Source of the DNA: a virus
Lineage: Duplodnaviria; Heunggongvirae; Uroviricota; Caudoviricetes
DNA length: 64,000 nucleotides
Direction: 5' to 3' (one strand)
Virus record (IMG/VR): IMGVR_UViG_3300037424_000495
Span: 1 to 64,000 of that record
The notes beneath the pieces are model-generated. The model was given only the letters and a program-made list of their open reading frames with translations. It was not told where the DNA came from and searched no databases. Shown piece after piece: positions 39,242 to 48,668 of the stretch (position 1 is the first letter of the stretch; each line of letters begins with the position of its first letter). The translations under genes were made by a program, and so were the position numbers.

Positions 39242-40396
39242 ATGGCAAAATCCCTAAAACGTGAATTCCTACAACTGGCGGATCATTATAAGACGGACAA
39301 ATCAAACGTCGCCGGTTGGTTCATATCTGAAAAATTGGACGGCACACGTTGTTTTTGGGACGGTGGAGTGAGTCGGGGAGTCCCCACTGAAGAGGTGCCG
39401 TGGGCATCGATCATTGACCCAAAAACTGGTAAGCGTAAGGCTAAGATCAAACCAGTGGCCACCGGCTTGTGGAGTCGCTATGGGAATCCGATTATCGCAC
39501 CTGACGAATTCCTAAATCTATTGCCGTGTTGTCCTTTGGATGGTGAGTTGTGGGCCGGACGTGGAAATTTTCAGCTTTGTCGGAGTATCTGTGGCGGCGA
39601 TACGCCTGATCCACGCTTCATGGAGCATATTGTTTACGCTGTCTACAGCAGCCCGCCATTGGCATCGATTTTTGCTACTGGCGAAATTGCCAATGCCAAT
39701 ATGGTTTGTTCAATTGATTACATCGCATGTGAGCATTGGCTCAATCAACGACTCAGTGCAAAATCCGAGAAAAATGCCGCCGTACCTGTCCCACGTCATT
39801 GTTTGCGTGACGATTATCGCTATCTGCCGCCAGATAGACCCTTCTCGGAAGAAGTGCGTTTCTTAGCTGAAAATCTTGACAACGGTCCTGAATCAAAGTG
39901 TTACCTACATCAGCAAACCAAACTGATTGACATCCCCGAGGAAGCTGCTGGTCAAGTGGAAGCCTTTTTACAAAAGGTTTTGGATCGCGGCGGCGAAGGG
40001 GTTGTAATTCGCAATCCAGACGCATTGTGGACTCCGAAGCGACATAAGGGCATCCTCAAATATAAGCCATATCAGGACTGTGAAGTCTCTGTCACTGGGT
40101 TTACTTCCGGCCGTGAGACTGATAAAGGCAGCAAGCATCTTGGTCGCATCGGCGCATTGATAACCGACTACAAAGGAAAGCGCCTCGAAATATCTGGACT
40201 AACAGATATCGAACGTGAATTTGCATCTGGGGAAATGGGCGTCTTTGCATCTGCGAATCCCGGCGTGGACATGCCAACTTGGTTTCAAGGTCGGCGTTTT
40301 AAAACCGGCGATACCATAAGCATTCTCTTCAGAGAATTAAGCGACGATGGTATCCCGAAAGAGGCAAGGTATTTTCGTCAGCGAGACGTGGAGTAA
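39242..40396 (+). CDS. ATP-dependent DNA ligase
   Basis: Motif I SEKLDGTRCFW (KxDG), motif IV GEGVVIRNP, motif V LKYKPY. Confidence 0.75.
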   Translation: MAKSLKREFLQLADHYKTDKSNVAGWFISEKLDGTRCFWDGGVSRGVPTEEVPWASIIDPKTGKRKAKIKPVATGLWSRYGNPIIAPDEFLNLLPCCPLDGELWAGRGNFQLCRSICGGDTPDPRFMEHIVYAVYSSPPLASIFATGEIANANMVCSIDYIACEHWLNQRLSAKSEKNAAVPVPRHCLRDDYRYLPPDRPFSEEVRFLAENLDNGPESKCYLHQQTKLIDIPEEAAGQVEAFLQKVLDRGGEGVVIRNPDALWTPKRHKGILKYKPYQDCEVSVTGFTSGRETDKGSKHLGRIGALITDYKGKRLEISGLTDIEREFASGEMGVFASANPGVDMPTWFQGRRFKTGDTISILFRELSDDGIPKEARYFRQRDVE

Positions 40397-40399
40397 ACC

Positions 40400-40588
40400 A
40401 TGAGATTCGGTAAACCAACCCGCCGCCCTAGTGACGGTGAAGAACGTATCTTCCGGCATTTTCTTTGGCTACCAGTAACTATTGGCGGTGAAACACGTTG
40501 GCTAGAGACGGCTGATATCAATTATCGTTATGAACGCAGTGGCTACGTTGGCGATGAGTGGGTGCCAATACGTTTTATCAATCACTAG
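40400..40588 (+). CDS. small hypothetical protein
   Basis: ORF in track. Confidence 0.3.
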   Translation: MRFGKPTRRPSDGEERIFRHFLWLPVTIGGETRWLETADINYRYERSGYVGDEWVPIRFINH

Positions 40589-40596
40589 GAATTAAC

Positions 40597-40872
40597 ATGC
40601 GAATACTGATATCAAAGATTCAACGCTGGTTGCGTTTATTCCGCCGTCGAAGTAATATGACATTGACCATCCCGCTAGCGGATAGATGGCTGGCTCAAGC
40701 CATTCTCAATTGTCTTTATTGTTGGCACAGGCAGCATGGCCCCGGGGTGTGGATTGTAACCAAAGAAGACATTGATCAATTAGAAGAAATGACTCGTTGG
40801 CTCTACGCTCAACATGAGGACACTCGTCGATTTGCGTTCTGGCAGCGTTATCGAATTAAATACCGGCAATAA
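40597..40872 (+). CDS. hypothetical protein
   Basis: Internal ATG of track ORF 40558-40872. Confidence 0.4.
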   Translation: MRILISKIQRWLRLFRRRSNMTLTIPLADRWLAQAILNCLYCWHRQHGPGVWIVTKEDIDQLEEMTRWLYAQHEDTRRFAFWQRYRIKYRQ

Positions 40873-40896
40873 CTAAACCACAAAGGAAACTAACTT

Positions 40897-41490
40897 ATGC
40901 GAACCTTGCTGTGTACCGCGATTATTGTTTTACTTTTTACAAGTATATCATGCGAATCACCCAAGAACGATCTTGTATGTCCGCCAGGACCACATTATCA
41001 GGCACCCGAGACGCCTCGATTGATGCTCTTGGATGAATTCCTCAAAATAAAAACTCGCTGCTTTCGCACAGGAGGTAGCGACAGTGTATTAAATACAATC
41101 GCCGAAGAAGGGGCAACTCTGCAAGCCATTGCACAACAATGTAGTCATGCAGGTTGGGATGCCAGACTGACGAAACTTGCTACAGCATACCCAGGCTGGG
41201 TGTTTCGCGAAGTTGTTTGTGACGCTGTAAGCGGGTTGTGTCATTTCGACTCCGCTAAAGATATTGCCACGAGTCTGCAGACTAACACTTCTAATTGGTC
41301 CGTTTTGAATGCCTCATGTGACGCCTGGGGACTGACGATGGTGAAAGGCAAGAATGATACCTACTACGCCTGCATCATCCTGGGTTACAAAAACAACAAT
41401 TTCAATGACAGGTACACGCCTGCAGAGGTGCCTAATCTTATCGACCAATATCGGCAAAACTATTGGCCGCATGGGGTGCCTAAACACTAA
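40897..41490 (+). CDS. putative lipoprotein
   Basis: Signal peptide MRTLLCTAIIVLLFTSISC with lipobox-like ISC. Confidence 0.5.
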   Translation: MRTLLCTAIIVLLFTSISCESPKNDLVCPPGPHYQAPETPRLMLLDEFLKIKTRCFRTGGSDSVLNTIAEEGATLQAIAQQCSHAGWDARLTKLATAYPGWVFREVVCDAVSGLCHFDSAKDIATSLQTNTSNWSVLNASCDAWGLTMVKGKNDTYYACIILGYKNNNFNDRYTPAEVPNLIDQYRQNYWPHGVPKH

Positions 41491-41492
41491 TA

Positions 41493-42404
41493 ATGTCCTC
41501 AACTATTTCAAGTCTGACTAATCGCGGACTAATAAGTCCACCGACATGGCTGCCTGATAACATCGTCTTCGAGGGTGTGCAAGGAAGCAATGCCTACGGT
41601 GTGGCAGTTGACACGTCCGACTTTGATATTATTGGCTTCTGTATTCCGCCGAAAGATTTGATCTTCCCGCATCTTGCAGGCGAGATTGAAGGTTTTGGAC
41701 GCCAAAAGAAACGCTTTGTCTGCTACCAGAAGCACCATGTTCGCGACCAGCAAGCACAGAATGGAGCCGGGCGTGAATATGATTTCAACGTCTACAACAT
41801 TGTCCACTATTTTAATCTGGCAATGCAGAATAATCCAAATATGCTAGCCAGCTTGTTTCTACCGGCCGATTGCATTCTTTTCACAACTCGAATCGGTGAG
41901 ATGATTCGCGACAAGAGGCATATCTTCTTACATAAAGGTGCATGGCACCGTTTCAAAGGCTATGCCTACAGTCAATTGTCTGAAATGGGTAAGAAACCCG
42001 ACTCTGGTAGCAAGCGGGAAGCCCTGGTGCAAAAGTTCGGTTTCGACGTAAAATTTGCGTATCATCTTGTCCGCTTAATGTTCGAGATAGAACAAATCTT
42101 AACTACCGGCGACCTCGATCTGCGAAGAAACGCAGAAGAACTAAAAGCGATTCGTCGTGGTGAGATACCCGAATCAGAGATTCGGAACTTTTTCGCCGAT
42201 AAAGAAAAGTTTCTCGAAGGTTTGTACGAGAAATCAAATCTGCCTTGGGGACCGCGTGAGGCAGAGATCAAGCAATTGCTCTTGGACTGTTTGGAAGAAC
42301 ATTATGGCAGCCTTGAAGATTGTGTCGTGACCGAAGCTGATCCGTTAAGAGCATTGCGTGAGATTGCGTCCATTGTCGATGACAACCGGCATCTGTTGAG
42401 GTAA
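41493..42404 (+). CDS. Pol-beta superfamily nucleotidyltransferase (RlaP/YcgL-like)
   Basis: GSNAYGVAVDTSDFDIIGF (GS..G......SDxD) nucleotidyltransferase motif. Confidence 0.55.
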   Translation: MSSTISSLTNRGLISPPTWLPDNIVFEGVQGSNAYGVAVDTSDFDIIGFCIPPKDLIFPHLAGEIEGFGRQKKRFVCYQKHHVRDQQAQNGAGREYDFNVYNIVHYFNLAMQNNPNMLASLFLPADCILFTTRIGEMIRDKRHIFLHKGAWHRFKGYAYSQLSEMGKKPDSGSKREALVQKFGFDVKFAYHLVRLMFEIEQILTTGDLDLRRNAEELKAIRRGEIPESEIRNFFADKEKFLEGLYEKSNLPWGPREAEIKQLLLDCLEEHYGSLEDCVVTEADPLRALREIASIVDDNRHLLR

Positions 42405-42407
42405 GGA

Positions 42408-42824
42408 ATGGCGCAGAGATTCAGGATTGGTTTGGGTCGAAACGACGATGAGACTTTCACGTTCGACGTAGTTCTCTACAAGAATCATCGTCAACTTCAA
42501 CGGTCTTATCGTCATTGTGCCAAGCAGGATCGCGGTGCCGAACCGAAGCGGACACGTATCGGTGCGTTCACCACTGAGTATTACTGGTCAAAGCATTCGC
42601 AAGAAATTGGGTCCATTCGATTTTCGACAGAACATCTGACTGAGAAGTTTATTGTCCACGAATCTACACACGCAGCATTGCATCTTGCCAGGTACATGGA
42701 CAAATATGCCGGTGGATTCAGGAGTAAACGTGCCCGCGAGGAGTTGGTGGCGATAGCCACGGATGTGATCTACATCGAGATTTGTCAGCACGTAAGAAAA
42801 CGAAAACTGAAGATAGGGCGGTGA
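42408..42824 (+). CDS. hypothetical protein
   Basis: ORF in track, immediately downstream of the NTase. Confidence 0.45.
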   Translation: MAQRFRIGLGRNDDETFTFDVVLYKNHRQLQRSYRHCAKQDRGAEPKRTRIGAFTTEYYWSKHSQEIGSIRFSTEHLTEKFIVHESTHAALHLARYMDKYAGGFRSKRAREELVAIATDVIYIEICQHVRKRKLKIGR

Positions 42825-42825
42825 A

Positions 42826-42996
42826 ATGATTATGACCGACTACACCAATGAAACATCAGAGCAATTGTTAACTGAATTAGTGCGCCTACGGCAAGAGATT
42901 CGATTGTGTCAAAGGCCAGTTGACCAGAAATGCAAGGACGCAGAGGTAATTTATGGCGTTTTGATGCAACGTGGTATCGATCCTGATTCACACTGA
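42826..42996 (+). CDS. small hypothetical protein (56 aa)
   Basis: MIMTDYTNETSEQLLTELVRLRQEIRLCQRP...; below the ORF-track cutoff; preferred over the antisense track ORF 42830-43204. Confidence 0.35.
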   Translation: MIMTDYTNETSEQLLTELVRLRQEIRLCQRPVDQKCKDAEVIYGVLMQRGIDPDSH

Positions 42997-42997
42997 A

Positions 42998-43531
42998 ATG
43001 ACTCGATCTACCCTCATCTATGAAGCGGAATTGTTTGCGCGTGAAGCACATGCGAGGCAGGTTCGTAAATACACGGGGATGCCATATATCGTCCACCCGA
43101 TGAACGTGGCCAAAATCGTGTCCGAAGTCACCGACGATCCAGTCACAATTGCCGTGGCATGGTTGCACGATACCGTGGAAGACACGAGTGTCACATTCGC
43201 CCAAATCGGAACACTGTTTGGCCGGGAAGTCGCTGACTTAGTGGCAGACGTGACGAACATCACGAAGAAGACAGACGGCAACCGCGCGTTTCGTAAGGCA
43301 TTGGAGCGGACCCATCTGGCGATGGCAGCCCCGAAAGCGAAAACTGTCAAGTTGGCGGACATGTTGGACAACATTCCCAGCACAGTGCAGTACGATCCAG
43401 GCTTCGCAGTTACTTACGTGGACGAGAAACGCCGGCTGCTGGGCTACCTACGCGCAGGCAATCGCACGCTTTGGGATCGTGCAGTGCGACTCATCGAACA
43501 GAGCACTGAACTTTTGAGGAGGAAGACATGA
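42998..43531 (+). CDS. HD-domain (p)ppGpp hydrolase, small alarmone hydrolase SpoT/Mesh1-like
   Basis: HARQVRKYTGMPYIVHP...AVAWLHDTVEDT...FGREVADLVADVT matches the RelA/SpoT HD hydrolase signature. Confidence 0.7.
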   Translation: MTRSTLIYEAELFAREAHARQVRKYTGMPYIVHPMNVAKIVSEVTDDPVTIAVAWLHDTVEDTSVTFAQIGTLFGREVADLVADVTNITKKTDGNRAFRKALERTHLAMAAPKAKTVKLADMLDNIPSTVQYDPGFAVTYVDEKRRLLGYLRAGNRTLWDRAVRLIEQSTELLRRKT

Positions 43532-43708
43532 ATTTAACCCGCGAGAAACTACTGGAATTGATTCGACGTTGGAATTATGCGAGTGAGGTAGATCACCGTA
43601 TCAAAGAATTGAATCAATACGGTAGTGCTGCCAGTGGCTCCCAACAGGTAATCGACGCCGCACTCGACGATGTGCTTGAAATTCTTAACGAAAGGCCAGT
43701 GCAATGAC
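43529..43708 (+). CDS. small hypothetical protein (59 aa)
   Basis: GAGGAGG RBS; ATGA overlap with the upstream stop. Confidence 0.4.
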
Positions 43709-43717
43709 TATTTCAAG

Positions 43718-44092
43718 TCACTCCCGGCGCTTCGCGAGTATAGGGACACCTTCGGAGAGAAGCCGGTCTAATTCCGTCCGGGGTATTTTCCAGCGACCAC
43801 TTGAATCCTTGACACCTTTGATATCGCCCTGAATGCACAGTTGGCGGATAGTCCAAGCAGACCGACTAAGATAAACGCCGGCTGCGGCTGCATTCAAGTA
43901 GACAGCCCTCGGTTTAGGCACATCACTTACATGCGAGAGGATTGTGTCATTTAACTGTTCAACATGTTTAATATGTTGCATCTGTTCAAGAAGAACATTG
44001 TTAAAAGTGTCATAAACAGTGTCACGCACAGTGTCACGAATAATTTGTCTTAATAAATCGTCAATAGTTTGTGTAGTCATATTAGCCTCCAT
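43718..44092 (-). CDS. excisionase/AlpA-like HTH DNA-binding protein
   Basis: RAVYLNAAAAGVYLSRSAWTIRQLCIQGDIKGVKDSSGRWKIPRTELDRLL helix-turn-helix (Xis family); the lone minus-strand gene in a + strand block. Confidence 0.6.
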   Translation of the reverse strand: MEANMTTQTIDDLLRQIIRDTVRDTVYDTFNNVLLEQMQHIKHVEQLNDTILSHVSDVPKPRAVYLNAAAAGVYLSRSAWTIRQLCIQGDIKGVKDSSGRWKIPRTELDRLLSEGVPILAKRRE

Positions 44093-44163
44093 GTCATTTA
44101 TTGTAATCGCTTCCTAAATTCTGTAAAGCTAAATTCTGAGAGCGTTTAAACGCGCTGCATAAC

Positions 44164-44892
44164 ATGACAAAAAGAAATCCAAAACAAGACGGCAGTAATT
44201 TATTCGATTGTATACCGCAGATCGGCCCCTGTCCAATCGGCTGCAACGCTTGCTTCTACAACCGGCCCGGTGCATTCTATCTCCCAATCGATCAACCCAG
44301 CATCCCAACGTCTGAGGAAGTAGGTGATGGAATTGTGCGAATGAATTGCGGCAACGATAGCAATAATCAACGCGATCTTGTAATTGAGACTGCTAAGCAA
44401 TACAAGCACGCTTTCTTCAACACCAGTATTCCACGTTTTGACTTTCCTGGCCCTGTCGTTTGGACCGCAAATCCTTGTGAGGAGCAATATGTGCGCATCC
44501 CGCCTGCATTGCAATGCGAGATTCCCAGCAACTTGATGTTTATTCGTTTGCGAGTATCAAGCACAAATCTTTTTCGCATTAAGTTGGCTGCCGAATGGTT
44601 CAACGCAAAACAAGTGCCAGTTGTCTTAACATTCATGGCTTATTATGAGACGGAGCCAATGGTGCCAACTGACGTACTCACCGCTGTCGGTGGACCGTGC
44701 TACGAATGGAAAGTACGTCACATCAATTCATATTTCTGTCCTACCCCTGCGTTCATTCGGTATGTCATGAGTCTCTTTAAAGGCAACCGCCTTGTATCAT
44801 ACTGTGGCAGCCTCGAAGGATCATACTGCCGACTGTGTCTAAACTGCGAAACATATTACCACCAGGCAGTTAAACGAATGAAGGGCGAGTAA
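44164..44892 (+). CDS. hypothetical protein
   Basis: ORF in track. Confidence 0.45.
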   Translation: MTKRNPKQDGSNLFDCIPQIGPCPIGCNACFYNRPGAFYLPIDQPSIPTSEEVGDGIVRMNCGNDSNNQRDLVIETAKQYKHAFFNTSIPRFDFPGPVVWTANPCEEQYVRIPPALQCEIPSNLMFIRLRVSSTNLFRIKLAAEWFNAKQVPVVLTFMAYYETEPMVPTDVLTAVGGPCYEWKVRHINSYFCPTPAFIRYVMSLFKGNRLVSYCGSLEGSYCRLCLNCETYYHQAVKRMKGE

Positions 44893-45413
44893 TGCGGCGA
44901 ATCAATATCTTCGGCGGTCCTGGTGTCGGTAAATCAACACTGGCCGCTCAAATCTTTGGACATTTGCGTCAACAAGGTCAATCAGCCGAATTGGTTCAAG
45001 AATGGTTTAAAACTTGGGCCTATGCCGGCCATCAAGCTAAATCATTTGATTACGTCTATGCTTTTGCCAACCAATTACATGCCGAGGACCAATTGCTGCA
45101 AGCAGGCGTCAAGATAATTATTTCTGACAGTCCGATGTACTTGCAGTGCATTTATGCGTATCGCCATAAATTGCCGTTTGCAGGTGAACTTTTGCAAATC
45201 GCAAAAAGGTTTGAAGCAACCTATCCCTCTATCAATTTTGTTATCGACCGGCCTCAATTTCAAGTCTACGAACAAGCAGGTCGCTATGAAACTCTTGACC
45301 AAGCGATAGAAATGGACCGTTTCATTGTGCAATTATTGGATGACTTTTGGGCCATTCCGTTTAAACGTGTTCGACCAGGTGACTTAAATGCAATACTCAA
45401 GGAGCTTGTATAA
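44892..45413 (+). CDS. P-loop nucleoside/nucleotide kinase-like protein
   Basis: Walker A INIFGGPGVGKSTLA close to the N-terminus; ~170 aa size typical of dNMP kinases. Confidence 0.55.
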   Translation: MRRINIFGGPGVGKSTLAAQIFGHLRQQGQSAELVQEWFKTWAYAGHQAKSFDYVYAFANQLHAEDQLLQAGVKIIISDSPMYLQCIYAYRHKLPFAGELLQIAKRFEATYPSINFVIDRPQFQVYEQAGRYETLDQAIEMDRFIVQLLDDFWAIPFKRVRPGDLNAILKELV

Positions 45414-45415
45414 AC

Positions 45416-46120
45416 ATGTATAAATATCTTTTGATTCTCTGTTTGGTATTTATTGGCTGCCAAGAGCCAGCGAAACCTAAGTCGCCACAGCCCGATCCAC
45501 TGCGAACCTTGCAGACAGATATACGACACATTGCGCACGTCCGCCCGAGCGGTAGTGCCGCAAATCAGCAAGTGGCCAATTATCTTGCTCGCGAGTTGCA
45601 AAAATCCGGCTTCCAAGTTACACGTCAACCTTTTAATAAAGGTACGAACATTGTCGGTATTCGCCGTGGATCTTCAGCCCGGACTATCATTATTGGCAGC
45701 CATTATGATAGCGTGAACTGTCCAGGAGCCGACGATAACGCTTCCGGTTGTGCTGTAAATCTACTTGTTGCTCGGCAGCTTATAAAGCAGAAACTCAATC
45801 ACACATTGACTATTATCTTCTTTGACGCTGAAGAAATTGGACTTGTTGGATCAAATTACTACGCCAAGTCGATGACAGCAAAATGCGACTTGATGATTAA
45901 CCTCGACATGGTAGGCAATCTTCATGTCTCAAGTACACCGGACGCCATATTCAACGACCTCTACCGTAAATATCCGTGGGCACGCAACATTTCTTTTAGA
46001 ACCGGCGACGCTCCAAGCGACCACACACACCGTTCAATGCGAAAGGCATTCCCGTCGTCTGGGTCTTTACTGGCACACATCCTCGTTACCATGAATCAAC
46101 AGATGTGCCTTCAAGTTTAA
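45416..46120 (+). CDS. M28-family zinc aminopeptidase lipoprotein
   Basis: Lipobox LVFIGC; M28 motifs IIGSHYDS, GADDNASG, FFDAEEIGLVGS, NLDMVG. Confidence 0.7.
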   Translation: MYKYLLILCLVFIGCQEPAKPKSPQPDPLRTLQTDIRHIAHVRPSGSAANQQVANYLARELQKSGFQVTRQPFNKGTNIVGIRRGSSARTIIIGSHYDSVNCPGADDNASGCAVNLLVARQLIKQKLNHTLTIIFFDAEEIGLVGSNYYAKSMTAKCDLMINLDMVGNLHVSSTPDAIFNDLYRKYPWARNISFRTGDAPSDHTHRSMRKAFPSSGSLLAHILVTMNQQMCLQV

Positions 46121-46237
46121 ACTACAGCGGAATGATTCTAATTTCGCAGTATGTTTGCGACATTGCACGCAGCTTCGATAAACAAATAAATACTACCTTC
46201 CTCAACTCTCTTCAGCCTTTAACCAACGAGGTATTCA

Positions 46238-46384
46238 ATGGGCGGAATAGTAACACTGATAATTAGCCTGCTTGCAGGAGCCATTGTCATCACCATGACT
46301 TGCGAGGCTCCAGTAGCCATTGTAACTGTCTGTGGTGTAGTGATAGTGGCTGCAATCATCGCCAAAGCCAAAGGTACGATATGA
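46238..46384 (+). CDS. small hydrophobic membrane peptide (48 aa)
   Basis: MGGIVTLIISLLAGAIVITMTCEAPVAIVTVCGVVIVAAIIAKAKGTI; below the track cutoff; ATGA overlap with the next gene. Confidence 0.35.
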   Translation: MGGIVTLIISLLAGAIVITMTCEAPVAIVTVCGVVIVAAIIAKAKGTI

Positions 46385-47418
46385 GCGACACGATTTGGAC
46401 GCCGTTACAAGCCGATATAGTCACCCCGAAATGGTGCGACGGCACAGCTTTTTATTATCCCACTCAATCTAAACCTTTATCGCTAACAGCGTACAATCAA
46501 ATAGTTCAAATTAGAAATGCAATTGTTCCCAATGCACTCAGGGACGAATGGCTACTGGATAAAGCGCTTACATGTACCGAAATTAAAACATTCAAGGAAG
46601 CCATTAACGAGCATCAATTTAATTATCCTTGGACAATCACGCCCGGCAGCGAGAAGTATTTTCACGCCGACGACATCAATGAACTACGTCGTTTGGCGAC
46701 TTACCCGAATACTTTAAAACAAATTGTTACCAATGAGTCCGCAATCCTTGATGAGTGGTGCATCGAGTATGTAACTAGCGGTATGCAGATATTGGCAGAA
46801 TGTGCTGGCAGTAGTTCAGAAGGTTGGCAATCATTTGTCGGCACCAAAGTAGCAGATGAAAACACTTCACATCGTTTTTGGATTTGGACTCAATACCCTG
46901 AGTATCATGATTGGTTAGGGGCCAGTGTTGGAATCATTGGACTCGACGGACGCATCAAAGCACCGATTGGTGGATCGGCCACCGAAGCAGGCGATTGGCA
47001 GTCTGGCCCGCAGTCTGGACAACATGATAACGCCAACTGGTGGCTAATTCAATTGGTCCAAGATATCCATAGTCCACTCAATGAAGTAGCCACAGTAACG
47101 AAGCCTCTAAAAGGTTTGATTTTCGGACAAGAAGAACACTATACCACCACCACTGAAATATACTATGAAAATTGTGTCCCGGCTACCGGCGACACGCAGG
47201 GCACCGTAGACAAAGTAACTAGATACACATGGTCAAGTAACTGTAACTATTGGGTATCGACGTATGTGCAACATCTAACTCATTGGCACACAAGTTGTGA
47301 CTGGTACAACAGTCACGTAACTTACACTTCAACAGGCACGTCACCAGCAGAATTTGATCTAATTGAAATCGGTGAAAGTTTCTTTCATACGTGGGAATTC
47401 TATATGGATCAACTTTAA
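46381..47418 (+). CDS. hypothetical protein
   Basis: ATG MSDTIW...; the track ORF begins further upstream at a non-ATG codon. Confidence 0.5.
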   Translation: MSDTIWTPLQADIVTPKWCDGTAFYYPTQSKPLSLTAYNQIVQIRNAIVPNALRDEWLLDKALTCTEIKTFKEAINEHQFNYPWTITPGSEKYFHADDINELRRLATYPNTLKQIVTNESAILDEWCIEYVTSGMQILAECAGSSSEGWQSFVGTKVADENTSHRFWIWTQYPEYHDWLGASVGIIGLDGRIKAPIGGSATEAGDWQSGPQSGQHDNANWWLIQLVQDIHSPLNEVATVTKPLKGLIFGQEEHYTTTTEIYYENCVPATGDTQGTVDKVTRYTWSSNCNYWVSTYVQHLTHWHTSCDWYNSHVTYTSTGTSPAEFDLIEIGESFFHTWEFYMDQL

Positions 47419-47923
47419 TATGACTACGCCAACTGTCTTAGATGTAATACACCCGTTTCAAGATATCTCGACGCAACTAGCACATTTAAAGATCGAAAGT
47501 GTTGATTTAGGTGATTGGCCTTCCTGTCTCTGGCGACTTTTTGAAATTAAATCAAATCAAACTGTCAATCCTGTCTGCGGGCACAAAAATAAGTATGGCA
47601 CACTAAATAACTCTCTTTGTCAAAACTGCAGGTCTCGACGGCCATTGATTGGCCCCATTGTAGAGGGGCCAATTATAAAAGGGCCGGGTGACCTCCTACA
47701 TGACGCTATTACTACCGTCTTCGGTGAAGAAGCCAGAAAAAGTTGCCACTGTAACAAACACATTGCACAGATGAATCGATGGGGTGCCTCTGGTTGCCGG
47801 GAACACATTGAAGAAATCGTACAGTGGCTTTATGACGAAGCACTCCGACGTGGCTGGAAAGCAGTGCAACTACCTTTATCCAGAATCTTTATAAAACAAT
47901 TTATCCTTGACGCAATCGCATAA
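47418..47923 (+). CDS. hypothetical Cys-containing protein
   Basis: Internal ATG MTTPTVLDV... of track ORF 47363-47923. Confidence 0.4.
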
Positions 47924-48020
47924 GTTGTACAGACAACTCTAATTTTAACTGACTCTGTTGATCTAACTTTAGAGTCAGAAATCTTGTCAACAACCGTCAA
48001 CTGTCTCGAACCCTGCACCC

Positions 48021-48668
48021 ATGTCAGAAGTCACAATCACCGTTGAACGTATTGAGGCCATTAAACCGCATCCAAATGCGGACAAAATGGAAATTGCCGA
48101 AGTAGCCGGCACTCAAACCCTTGTTGGCAAAGACCAATTTAAGGTTGGTGATTTAGCAGTCTATTTTCCACCTGACATTTTAATCCCCGGAGAAGTCTCC
48201 GAGGCTCTAGGTGTCGCAAAATATCTCAAGACCGCTCTCTATGGCGGCTTGCGTGTGCCTTGTCGCGTGGCGGCTTGCCGACTACGTGGCGTGCCGAGCT
48301 ATGGCTTTGCTCAACCGTTGACGGTTTTGGGAACTGTTGATCTACGCCAGATTCATGTCGGCAAAGATGTAACTGAAACCTTTCGTGGCCTCAAGTACGA
48401 GCCAGTGGTTAAGGTTCAGCGTGGGCACGGTGGCGGCACAGGTGAAGTCTGGGGTGGCTTGGCTCCCGAACCAATTAACTTCCACCGTTACACTGACATT
48501 CAGCATTACCGCAAATACAGGCATTTGCTTGCGACAGAGACGCCAGTGCGCATAACCGAAAAAGTACACGGTTGCCTAATGTTCCAGGAACGTATCACAA
48601 TGGTAGACGGGTCCAAGAAAAAGATTGGACACACGTCCGCATTGGTGATTTTGTTCTTGGGGTTGTGA
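48021..48668 (+). CDS. RNA ligase N-terminal segment: tRNA-binding (Myf/EMAP-like) domain, motif I lysine, start of intein
   Basis: IKPHPNADKMEIAEV...VGDLAVYFPPD tRNA-binding fold; EKVHG (ligase motif I) followed by intein block A CLMFQERITMVDGSKKKI; ORF stops shortly after an A5 run. Confidence 0.6.
   Translation: MSEVTITVERIEAIKPHPNADKMEIAEVAGTQTLVGKDQFKVGDLAVYFPPDILIPGEVSEALGVAKYLKTALYGGLRVPCRVAACRLRGVPSYGFAQPLTVLGTVDLRQIHVGKDVTETFRGLKYEPVVKVQRGHGGGTGEVWGGLAPEPINFHRYTDIQHYRKYRHLLATETPVRITEKVHGCLMFQERITMVDGSKKKIGHTSALVILFLGL

Noticed and set aside
42830-43204. 124-aa minus-strand ORF
   Set aside because: Antisense to the well-supported HD-domain ppGpp hydrolase and to a small + strand ORF. 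No motifs.
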